From the NCBI GenBank assembly GCA_034530875.2, contig JAVRCJ020000004.1, forward strand, positions 288,001 to 352,000: a stretch of 64,000 nt of DNA, written 5' to 3'. How positions within the stretch are numbered: position 1 is the first letter of the stretch; each line of letters opens with the position of its first letter. Shown one piece after another: positions 39,687 through 48,880 of the stretch. A program made the translations under genes and the position numbers. Under the pieces are notes generated by a model that searched no databases, was not told the DNA's origin, and saw only the letters and a list, made by a program, of their open reading frames with translations. The stretch is from Nostoc sp. DedSLP01 (GTDB taxonomy: Bacteria; Cyanobacteriota; Cyanobacteriia; Cyanobacteriales; Nostocaceae).

Positions 39687-42073
39687 CTTTCAATTCCTAA
39701 TAGGGTTTAGATTAAATTTCAAGAGTTGTACCACTAATCGCCGCGATTCCTGAACTAGCTGGTTTCAATCCCTAATAGGGATTAGATGAAATTTCAAGGC
39801 TGCCTTGCCTTTGCGCTTTTCAGGCGGTAAAGATAAACGAGTTTCAATCCCTAATAGGGATTAGATGAAATTTCAAGCTCTCAAGCCACTATTTGAAATT
39901 CACCACCAAAAAAATTCTGTTTCAATCCCTAATAGGGATTAGATGAAATTTCAAGGGAACAGATCATAAAAGCCAAAAAAGTATATTACGTTTCAATCCC
40001 TAATAGGGATTAGATGAAATTTCAAGTGTATAAGCAATTCCAGGATATCTCTACTATCGTTGTTTCAATCCCTAATAGGGATTAGATGAAATTTCAAGAG
40101 CTACATTTCCTGGGGTATTTGAGAGTACGTGTTTAAATAGTTTCAATCCCTAATAGGGATTAGATGAAATTTCAAGCTCTAGTTTGTTTTTTGCTTCCTT
40201 CTGGTATTCGTTTCAATCCCTAATAGGGATTAGATGAAATTTCAAGATTACAAGAAGAAGGATTGCTTAATGAAGGTAAAGGTTTCAATCCCTAATAGGG
40301 ATTAGATGAAATTTCAAGCACCCTGCTTTGATTTGCGATGCTTCTACGGGTTCGTTTCAATCCCTAATAGGGATTAGATGAAATTTCAAGGAGTTGATGA
40401 AGAAGCTTTAGTACAAGCGATCGCTGTTTCAATCCCTAATAGGGATTAGATGAAATTTCAAGTCTAAAATCGAATTCATGGTATCCTCGAATCCACAGTT
40501 TCAATCCCTAATAGGGATTAGATGAAATTTCAAGTTGAGCCACCAAGAGGTAATCAGGGATGCCGATGGGTTTCAATCCCTAATAGGGATTAGATGAAAT
40601 TTCAAGGATATTTTACAAAAGATGGAATTAGAAGTTACTTCTGTTTCAATCCCTAATAGGGATTAAATGAAATTTCAAGTTTGGCAGTTGTACCTAGTAG
40701 AGCTTATAGTCTCGTTTCAATCCCTAATAGGGATTAGATGAAATTTCAAGCTGATGGCTCTAGGGTTCCAGGTCAGCAATGCCCCCATCGTTTCAATCCC
40801 TAATAGGGATTAGATGAAATTTCAAGTCTGATATTTAAGCGGCACGCTCCCAAACTTTGGGAGTTTCAATCCCTAATAGGGATTAGATGAAATTTCAAGC
40901 TCAGCGCTACCGGGTGCAAAATTGTTAGGGCGCGGGTTTATTTGTTTCAATCCCTAATAGGGATTAGATGAAATTTCAAGTCAACGAACTACGCACTAAT
41001 CTCGGTCAACCATCCGTTTCAATCCCTAATAGGGATTAGATGAAATTTCAAGGGAAGCCATCGTAGACACCGCCGGTAAGGTAAACGAAGTGTTTCAATC
41101 CCTAATAGGGATTAGATGAAATTTCAAGTCAAGCGCGGAAGGCTTTCTTGATAGCCGAATGCAAGGGCGTGTTTCAATCCCTAATAGGGATTAGATGAAA
41201 TTTCAAGTTAAGTTTCTTGAGTTGCTTATCGAATTCCTCTTTGTTTCAATCCCTAATAGGGATTAGATGAAATTTCAAGTTAGTGGTTAAGGGGCTTCTG
41301 ATTATTTAATAGTTTCAATCCCTAATAGGGATTAGATGAAATTTCAAGACACAGCCTAACTATCACTGCTTAGTATCGGTGTTGGTTTCAATCCCTAATA
41401 GGGATTAGATGAAATTTCAAGTAACGGCTAAACTCTTTTGAAAGGTTATCAGCTTTGGTTTCAATCCCTAATAGGGATTAGATGAAATTTCAAGGTTATT
41501 GGTTTTATCTTAGGAGTTTTATAGTGAAGTTTCAATCCCTAATAGGGATTAGATGAAATTTCAAGGCGGCTTCCTAAACAACAAAATCGCTACTATCTGA
41601 TTCAGTTTCAATCCCTAATAGGGATTAGATGAAATTTCAAGGGCATCTGGTAATAACTCTCTTGATGCGATTAATGTTTCAATCCCTAATAGGGATTAGA
41701 TGAAATTTCAAGTTTCGGGCATTACAAGCTTGGATGTCTTGCAACGTGTTTCAATCCCTAATAGGGATTAGATGAAATTTCAAGTTTTCCGTGTATGTCG
41801 TACCATCCCAGCGCACAGCGTTTCAATCCCTAATAGGGATTAGATGAAATTTCAAGCTCGGGATGTAGTGAGTGATTCAATAGCGTTGAGAAGTTTCAAT
41901 CCCTAATAGGGATTAGATGAAATTTCAAGCTCCAGTGGAAGCCAATCGGGCTGTTGCGGATTTGTTTCAATCCCTAATAGGGATTAGATGAAATTTCAAG
42001 CTCGGGATGTAGTGAGTGATTCAATAGCGTTGAGAAGTTTCAATCCCTAATAGGGATTAGATGAAATTTCAAG
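39687..42073 (-). CRISPR. CRISPR array, 33 repeats (37 nt) / 32 spacers (32-44 nt), type I-D-like repeat, no cas genes in window
   Basis: Repeat GTTTCAATCCCTAATAGGGATTAGATGAAATTTCAAG on + (ends ATTGAAAC on minus); degenerate terminal repeat at 39687-39723 and leader on the right give minus orientation; one variant repeat at 40643. Confidence 0.98.
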
Positions 42074-42300
42074 TGCGGGAGCCTAGAACACTCTCTGTAT
42101 TTGGTTTTCAAGGTTCTGTTGCGCGGATGGAGTAATCATAACATGGAGAATTGAGATTGAGTATTAACAAAATAGCCAAAACCCAGGCTGTGTAAGGTGC
42201 GCGGATACTTTGAAAACGATTTGTCCTAAAACTCTTGCTCCAGGGGAATTTGAAGCTTCTTTGCCCAAATCTGATTTTTAACACCTACCCATCCGCGCAT
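42074..42300 (-). promoter_or_regulatory. CRISPR leader
   Basis: Non-coding region next to the intact terminal repeat; two GCGCGGAT motifs and one inverted ATCCGCGC, as in cyanobacterial I-D-type leaders. Confidence 0.7.
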
Positions 42301-42450
42301 TTGGCAAGAAAAATAGAATTGTCGGAAACTGCTACAACACTTATACGTACTACTTTACCGCGATTTTGCTGATTTCATTATTCTTTTAGGCGATCGCTTG
42401 TGTAGTTTCAATGATATGATGTCAGATTAAATAGCCTTAGTAACGTAACT

Positions 42451-42482
42451 AATCCCGCCCTCTCTCAGGGGTGGGGTTTTTT
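42451..42482 (+). terminator. Intrinsic terminator-like hairpin
   Basis: AATCCCGCCC / GGGTGGGGTT stem ending in a T6 run. Confidence 0.5.
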
Positions 42483-42760
42483 AGAATCATAAATCATTCG
42501 AGCTAGTACGCATCATCCTTCCTAAATCTCAAGCAATGCAACCACGCAACATTTATGGCAGTGGTATGAGCTTACAGGAAAAATGCAAGTAGGTTGAGGA
42601 AAGAAACTGCTCGTCAAACCGTTACACCAAGAGACTTTCAAGCCTGTTCCTTGCTCTAAACTCAATTATTTTTTTGATTTTGCTAAAAAATAAGTAAATA
42701 TTAGTACCTATCATACCGAATATCGATTATAAAACTAATTGACCATCAACAAAGCCCAAA

Positions 42761-43855
42761 ATGAAACGTTCAAATCGCGTTGCTTGGATGGGAGCGATCG
42801 CACTTGCAGCGATCGTTTTACTGACTTTGCTAGCAGCTCCTAATGGTACTAAAATTAACGCTGGCTCTACTTATAACCGCGCTCCTAATGGCTATGGTGC
42901 TTGGTATGCTTTCATGGAACAGCAAGGAGTTTCTATCAAGCGCTGGCAAAAACCTTTTAGTGAAATTCAGTCACAGAATACCCCAGTTACTTTTCTACAA
43001 ATCGGTAGCGACCTTAGAGATCCAAGGCTCGACATTGACGAAATTGATTGGATAGAAAAAGGAAACACTTTGGTAATTTTAGGTGCTAAGGGGCGAGTTA
43101 CAGAAGCAGACTTTAGCACTGTGCAAAAATCCCCCCAAGGCGATATTAAAATTGATACCAGTCGGCGAAATAAAAACATTAACCAAAAGGAAATTGAATT
43201 AGGCGATCGCTTTGGTGCTATTGTCTGGCAAGAAGAATACAAGCAAGGCAAGGCAATTTTTTCTACTACTCCTTATTTAGCTGCCAACGCCTACCAAGAT
43301 AATTTAAGTAACTTTAAGTATTTAGCCGATTTAGTCAAGCAAAAAGGTAACACAATAGTTGTCGATGAATACATCCACGGCTATAAAGATGCTGATGTCA
43401 GGCAGAAGGAAAGGGAAGGAGATTTATCTAGTTTTTTTGCTAAAACTCCTTTATATCCAATATTTATTCAAGTAAGTATCCTCATCTTGGCGCTGATTTG
43501 GGCACAGAATCGCCGTTTTGGTAAACCAGTAACTTTAGAGACGCCAGTTGCAGACAACAGCGAAGCATACATCCAAGCTTTAGCATTAGTCTTGCAGAAA
43601 GCTGATACCACCGACTTTGTAATTGAGATGGTAGGCAAACAAGAACAATTACAACTGCAAAAAGCCTTAGGATTAGGACAAATACCGCTAGAACACCAAG
43701 CTTTACTCAATATCTGGAAAGAAAAAACAGGCGCAAGCACCGCAGAACTAGATGCAGTATTAAAGCTACAATCGCGCAAACAACCCACGAGCGAACAAGA
43801 GCTGTTAAGCTGGTTGGGGAAATGGCGAAACATTAGATTAATTCGTAATTCGTAA
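42761..43855 (+). CDS. DUF4350-domain membrane protein (MoxR-associated)
   Basis: N-terminal TM, GSTYNRAPNGYGAW, VDEYIHGY, NRRFG; precedes moxR. Confidence 0.8.
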   Translation: MKRSNRVAWMGAIALAAIVLLTLLAAPNGTKINAGSTYNRAPNGYGAWYAFMEQQGVSIKRWQKPFSEIQSQNTPVTFLQIGSDLRDPRLDIDEIDWIEKGNTLVILGAKGRVTEADFSTVQKSPQGDIKIDTSRRNKNINQKEIELGDRFGAIVWQEEYKQGKAIFSTTPYLAANAYQDNLSNFKYLADLVKQKGNTIVVDEYIHGYKDADVRQKEREGDLSSFFAKTPLYPIFIQVSILILALIWAQNRRFGKPVTLETPVADNSEAYIQALALVLQKADTTDFVIEMVGKQEQLQLQKALGLGQIPLEHQALLNIWKEKTGASTAELDAVLKLQSRKQPTSEQELLSWLGKWRNIRLIRNS

Positions 43856-43923
43856 TTCGTAATTCGTAATTAATGACAATTGAGAAATGGTAAACAACAA
43901 ACGACAAATTAAAAATTAATATT

Positions 43924-44874
43924 ATGAGCGAAACGCATTCTATTTTAATTAAGCTTGGTCAAAGTTTGAACCAAGTAGTTGTAGGACAATCCAGCTTGAT
44001 ACAACAACTTTTAGTGGGGCTGTTAGCTGGGGGGCATATAATTTTAGAAGGAGTACCGGGAACTGGTAAAACTCTGTTAGTAAAAGTATTAGCACAGTTA
44101 ATTCAAGGGGATTTTCGCCGCATTCAATTAACGCCAGATGTTTTACCATCAGATATTACTGGTACAAATATTTTTGACTTAAATAGTCGGAATTTCACTT
44201 TAAAAAAAGGGCCAATTTTTACCGAAGTGCTGTTAGCAGACGAAATCAATCGTACTCCTCCGAAAACACAAGCGGCGCTGCTAGAAGCAATGGAAGAAAT
44301 GCAGGTAACATTGGACGGTGAAAGTTTACCTTTGCCTGAGTTATTTTGGACGATCGCCACCCAAAACCCCCTAGAATTTGAGGGGACTTATCCTTTACCA
44401 GAGGCACAATTAGACAGGTTTTTATTTAAGCTAATAGTAGATTATCCCGACCAAGCTGCGGAAAAACAAATGTTGCTCAATCGTCAAGCGGGATTTGCAG
44501 CACGGCGTTCGGACATTAGCCGTTTGGAACCAGTAGCGACAGTAGCCGATATTTTACGAGCGCGGCAAGCTGTTAAAGAAGTTAAAGTATCAGAAGCGAT
44601 CGTTGATTATTTGTTAGCGTTGGTGAGAGCATCGCGTCAATACCCCGATTTAACTTTGGGTGCATCGCCTCGCGCCGCTGGTGCTTGGTTGCAGACATCT
44701 CAAGCCTTAGCCTGGTTAACCGGCAGAGATTTTGTTACACCAGATGATGTCAAAGCAGTTGCATCGCCACTGCTGCGTCATCGACTGATTTTGAAACCAG
44801 AAGCGATGTTGGATGGTTTACAAATAGATGCGGTAATTGCGTCGGTGATTAATCAGGTGCCAGTTCCAAGGTGA
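43924..44874 (+). CDS. moxR: MoxR-family AAA+ ATPase
   Basis: EGVPGTGKT, RIQLTPDVLPSD, LADEINRTPPKTQAALLEAMEE, ATQNPLEFEGTYPLPEAQLDRF. Confidence 0.95.
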   Translation: MSETHSILIKLGQSLNQVVVGQSSLIQQLLVGLLAGGHIILEGVPGTGKTLLVKVLAQLIQGDFRRIQLTPDVLPSDITGTNIFDLNSRNFTLKKGPIFTEVLLADEINRTPPKTQAALLEAMEEMQVTLDGESLPLPELFWTIATQNPLEFEGTYPLPEAQLDRFLFKLIVDYPDQAAEKQMLLNRQAGFAARRSDISRLEPVATVADILRARQAVKEVKVSEAIVDYLLALVRASRQYPDLTLGASPRAAGAWLQTSQALAWLTGRDFVTPDDVKAVASPLLRHRLILKPEAMLDGLQIDAVIASVINQVPVPR

Positions 44875-44896
44875 TAAGTGGGTATGTGAAAATATT

Positions 44897-44982
44897 GGCG
44901 TTGCTGATTGAGAATATGGATTTAGCTCACGCAGAGGCGCAGAGTAGCAGAGAGTAAGAGTTGATTGAAATTCAGCAATGCC
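44897..44982. mobile_element. MITE with 8-bp target duplication
   Basis: Ends GGCGTTGCTGA / TCAGCAATGCC flanked by AAAATATT on both sides. Confidence 0.75.
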
Positions 44983-45039
44983 AAAATATTTAACAGCGAA
45001 CAGGTATCGGCGATCGCTTTCAACTTGAGCGATATATTT

Positions 45040-48021
45040 TTACTCATCTAAACGCAGTGCGATCGCCTTCAAAAATTCCTCAAACTCTGATTCGCTGTGA
45101 ATATCAGGAGTTAAAGTATTCATGTCTTTGAGGGTGTTGGCAAGCCGTGGTAAGTATTGGCGAATTTCTGTGTACAGGTCAATATCCTCTCGAAAGCCGT
45201 CTAGGTTTGCTGCGGATACCTTTTTTAACGCAGTATCTAATTCCTGAACTTTGTTTTCCCAATATTCGACATATTTAAGCCTATCAATAGCGTCATAAAT
45301 TTGGGCATCTCGTAAAACAATAGGGAAGATGCGATCGCCAAACTCTCCATTTTTAGCAATTTGGACTAACTCAAACAAGCAATTGGGCGACTTTAAATAC
45401 TTGTCGCTAATTACAGCAATAACACATTTACCGCGTCCGATTCGTTCCATGAAGGCTTTGATTAGTCCTTTGTAGCCCAAATCACGTTTATCGCGGATAA
45501 TTTTGATTCCTTTGCCCTGCAAAGTCTCATCCAATTTATTGACAAATTGCTCGCTTTCTCCACCCCAACCATAAGAAAGAAAAATTTCCTTCTCGAATTC
45601 TGGTGTAGATGGACGAATTACTAGACAATTTTCTTCTCGATCTTGTTCACGCTGTCGTTCCTGTCGTTGTTCTTTAAGTTCGATGCCATCAAGTAGTTGT
45701 GCAGGATTCAATGGTTCTGTTAAACCTGGGGGAATGATAGGTAAGTTCTTCTCTTCATAAACGAGTAAGTTTTCGTAGTCCACAACAATATTAGGGTGTC
45801 CTGGAATCGGTACTTTCTCTTCTGGTATTAAGCCTTTAATAGTTTGGTGGATGGCATAAAACTGAGAACGGATCATTGCTAGCAATTCTCGGCGAGTGGA
45901 GGGTGAGCCGCTGATGGTGATAAAGATTTTGCGGTCTTCCCGATCGCTTTTGACAAGTGCCCGATTACCACGGTGTTTAAGAACAATGCCGCTACGCCAC
46001 CAAGTCTGGCGATCGCTCTGGTGGTGCATCCTTACAATAAAGCGGGAGATAATACTGTTGGGGAGGACGCTGTAATGATACTGAAATGCCAAACCACTTT
46101 CCCAGTCGCCTGTGGCAGGTTCTTCTTTAGGCAACAAGTCCGGGATGAGGTAGCGATCGCCATTGCCATCCTCTAGGGGAAAGCAAAGTTCAAACTTCCG
46201 CATCATATCCACGATGAATAGTGGCTTATTGCCAGGATAGCGGGAGTTATTCAGAATCCGATTAAGTTGAGTGCGATCCAGAATACCCCGAAATTCAGTC
46301 ATCAGCCGATTGTCGTTGAGGATCTTGTAAACTCCGTTCGTCACCCATTCTGGGTTTAAAACTCCCATTTCTCCCAAACGCGGATCGTCCCGGAAATTGA
46401 GAACGATACCAAGTTGATGCAAAAGTTCAATCAGTGTAGCTTGACTTAATGCATCACTGACCTGCTCCTCCTGTGATAGGCTTTCGTATTCACTATAGGG
46501 AATGTAGTCTTGTTCCATTTGTTCCAACCGGGTTTTGACCTGAAACCAGCTTTGGGGTAATGGGTCGTGGATGTGATCTAAGTTGGCAATTTGGTTAGTA
46601 ATAGCTAACTGCAATTGCTCTATACCTTCCCCGGTCTGGCAGGATATAGACATGATGCCTTTAATAGCAGGGTATTTCTGGCGCAGACCGCGCTGGTCAA
46701 TATCGAGGGGATGTTGGTCAATTTTGTTGCCAACGATCAAGATAGGGGAATCGTTGCTAAAACTCTGAATAATCTTGAGCCAGTATTCTAGTTTGTTTTG
46801 CAGTTCATCTACGCGAGAATCAAGCACTAGCAGATAAAGGCTGCGTTTAGTAAGAAAGAACTGGTGGGTGGCGTGCATAATTTCTTGTCCACCAAAGTCC
46901 CACACGTTGAGCCGGATTAATTGCTTGTTGGCGGTAATATGCCAATTTCTGATATTGATTCCTTCGGTCTTGCGTTCGTGGGGATTGTAGTAGTTATCGA
47001 TTAGCCGTTTAACAAGAGAGGTTTTACCAACACTACCCTGACCAACTAATAGCATTTTGGCTTCATTGAGAGGCTTTTTCTGTTCTTTCTGAAGTTGGAA
47101 AAAATAGTTAAGAATCGTAGATGGGTTGCCAGGATTTCTGCGTAGATCCGCCGCTCCTAAAATTTCAGGTGGAATAGGAAGTTTATTACCTCTTAGGTCT
47201 AATCTTTTAAGCTTAGTAAGTTGCCAAATTTCTTTAGGTAGTGTGTCTAAAAGATTGTTGCGAAGGTTTAATCTGCTTAGTTCAAAAAGCTGCTCAATCC
47301 CATCAGGCAGCATTTTTATTCGTCCATCACGTAGGTCAAGTAGAGTCAAGTTGGTGAGTTCCCATGTTTCTACAGGCAAAGTTTCTAGTCTACTATTACT
47401 AAGCTTGAGTTCTTGTAATTTAGTAAGTTGACCAATCTCTGGTGGCAGAGTGCTCAGTTGATTACTGCTGAGGTCGAGGAATTGCAAGTTGGTGAGTTGG
47501 CCGAATTCCGGTGGCAGAGTGCTCAGTTGGTTACTGCTGAGGTAGAGCGATCGCAAGTTGGTGAGTTGGACAATTTCCCCTAGCAGAGTGCTCAGTTGAT
47601 TACTGCTGAGGTCGAGGATTCCCAGGTTGGGGAGTTGACCAAATTCCGGTGGCAGAGTGCTCAGTTGATTACTGCTGAGGTAGAGCGATCGCAAGTTGGT
47701 GAGTTGGACAATTTCCCCTAGCAGAGTGCTCAGTTGATTACTGCGGAGGTCGAGGATTCCCAGGTTGGGGAGTTGACCAAATTCCGGTGGCAGAGTGCTC
47801 AGTTGATTACTGCGGAGGTAGAGGAATTGCAGGTTGGTGAGTTGACCAAATTCCGGTGGCAGAGTGCTCAGTTGATTACTGCTGAGGTCGAGCCATCGCA
47901 GGTTGGTGAGTTTTCCAATTTCTGCTGGCAGCATTGTTAAACCTTGGTCAGAAAGGTCTAATTTTGTCACGTTGTCTGTGGCAGCTTGTTCAATAATTTG
48001 CAGCAGTTCTTCGTTAGTCAT
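45040..48021 (-). CDS. Roco protein: LRR-Roc GTPase-COR with C-terminal TIR domain
   Basis: About 12 LRRs; GQGSVGKTS, WDFGGQE, NKID GTPase motifs; COR (LNPEWVTNGVYKIL, ISRFIVR); TIR EIFLSYGW...ISDKYLKSPNCLFEL. Confidence 0.93.
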   Translation of the reverse strand: MTNEELLQIIEQAATDNVTKLDLSDQGLTMLPAEIGKLTNLRWLDLSSNQLSTLPPEFGQLTNLQFLYLRSNQLSTLPPEFGQLPNLGILDLRSNQLSTLLGEIVQLTNLRSLYLSSNQLSTLPPEFGQLPNLGILDLSSNQLSTLLGEIVQLTNLRSLYLSSNQLSTLPPEFGQLTNLQFLDLSSNQLSTLPPEIGQLTKLQELKLSNSRLETLPVETWELTNLTLLDLRDGRIKMLPDGIEQLFELSRLNLRNNLLDTLPKEIWQLTKLKRLDLRGNKLPIPPEILGAADLRRNPGNPSTILNYFFQLQKEQKKPLNEAKMLLVGQGSVGKTSLVKRLIDNYYNPHERKTEGINIRNWHITANKQLIRLNVWDFGGQEIMHATHQFFLTKRSLYLLVLDSRVDELQNKLEYWLKIIQSFSNDSPILIVGNKIDQHPLDIDQRGLRQKYPAIKGIMSISCQTGEGIEQLQLAITNQIANLDHIHDPLPQSWFQVKTRLEQMEQDYIPYSEYESLSQEEQVSDALSQATLIELLHQLGIVLNFRDDPRLGEMGVLNPEWVTNGVYKILNDNRLMTEFRGILDRTQLNRILNNSRYPGNKPLFIVDMMRKFELCFPLEDGNGDRYLIPDLLPKEEPATGDWESGLAFQYHYSVLPNSIISRFIVRMHHQSDRQTWWRSGIVLKHRGNRALVKSDREDRKIFITISGSPSTRRELLAMIRSQFYAIHQTIKGLIPEEKVPIPGHPNIVVDYENLLVYEEKNLPIIPPGLTEPLNPAQLLDGIELKEQRQERQREQDREENCLVIRPSTPEFEKEIFLSYGWGGESEQFVNKLDETLQGKGIKIIRDKRDLGYKGLIKAFMERIGRGKCVIAVISDKYLKSPNCLFELVQIAKNGEFGDRIFPIVLRDAQIYDAIDRLKYVEYWENKVQELDTALKKVSAANLDGFREDIDLYTEIRQYLPRLANTLKDMNTLTPDIHSESEFEEFLKAIALRLDE

Positions 48022-48133
48022 TTGGGGTTTTACAGAGGTGATGCCTGACGATGAGTTGCTGCTTGGACGCGCAGCAGAGAAATTGAGTTAATTAATAATG
48101 TAGCCTGTATCAAGGATTGCATTGAGGGAATGT

Positions 48134-48205
48134 GCGTTAGCGTAGCTCGTCGTAGACATCGCCTTTTGTTGATGATGCGATGCCTGCGGCGGACTATGCC
48201 AACGC
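48134..48205. repeat. Two 21-nt insertions in HIP1 sites (SDR5-like small dispersed repeats)
   Basis: 29-mers GCGTTAGCGTAGCTCGTCGTAGACATCGC (48134-48162) and GCGATGCCTGCGGCGGACTATGCCAACGC (48177-48205); third copy at 49359-49387. Confidence 0.7.
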
Positions 48206-48277
48206 CACAAACTTTGTAACCACCTTATAGTAGTTGTGAAAATATAAAAAGTACTTAGTCGTTATCTTCAACTGGAT

Positions 48278-48496
48278 ATGAGCGCAGCAGATTTATTCCC
48301 AACCTTGCACAAGCTATCTCGTGCAGATAAACTCAAGGTCATGCAGTTTTTAGTTCAAGAACTAGCGACTGAAGAAGAAGCATTGTCCTTACAGCCAGGA
48401 GTCACTCATTATGTGTGGTCTCCGTATAATTCCCATGAAGCTGCTAACAAACTAACTGCACTGCTAGAAGAAGACAAACGGGTAAACGATGCTTAA
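48278..48496 (+). CDS. Small hypothetical protein (antitoxin-like)
   Basis: LSRADKLKVMQFLVQEL..WSPYNSHEAA..L pattern of small cyanobacterial TA-type partners. Confidence 0.65.
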   Translation: MSAADLFPTLHKLSRADKLKVMQFLVQELATEEEALSLQPGVTHYVWSPYNSHEAANKLTALLEEDKRVNDA

Positions 48497-48537
48497 TTCC
48501 CAAAGATTTTTCTTCGTTAAAAGTCGTGTAATTTATC

Positions 48538-48762
48538 CTAAACAGCAAAGTCATACACTGGCGTTTCAAGAATACGAACGGGCTGCTGTTGGTTGTAAAT
48601 AATCTGCTGCAACCGTTCTACTGTAGACGGAGAGAAAAATTGTTCTCCTGTCTCTGGATTCACCCGTGCAGGTACATTTTCAATTAAGTAAAATTTGCCA
48701 TTCATCTCTAGGGTGTAAGTTACTGTTTGTTCTACTAGTGTTTCATTCGAGTTACTGCTCAT
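48538..48762 (-). CDS. YgiT-type zinc-finger-like protein (MqsA N-terminal-like antitoxin)
   Basis: VTYTLE.NGKFYLIENVPARV..ETGEQFFSP.TVERLQ..PVYDF; start at MSSNS. Confidence 0.75.
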   Translation of the reverse strand: MSSNSNETLVEQTVTYTLEMNGKFYLIENVPARVNPETGEQFFSPSTVERLQQIIYNQQQPVRILETPVYDFAV

Positions 48763-48824
48763 CGTTGCTTCTCCTTCGCGTAAAGTCATTGTTCCAGAGG
48801 TTGGAGTCAGGCTCATGCGATCGC
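48752..48824 (-). pseudogene. C-terminal remnant of a DUF4258-like partner gene truncated at a HIP1 site
   Basis: Frame HEPDSNLWNNDFTRRRSNDEQ* overlaps the YgiT-like start and begins at GCGATCGC (48817-48824). Confidence 0.5.
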
Positions 48825-48880
48825 CAGAAACTTTATAACCACTTTCTAGTAGTTGTGAAATCTAACCGTCTATTTTGCTA

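Noticed and set aside
39724..42036. Self-targeting spacers within the window
   Set aside because: No match noticed by eye; a computational search is needed.
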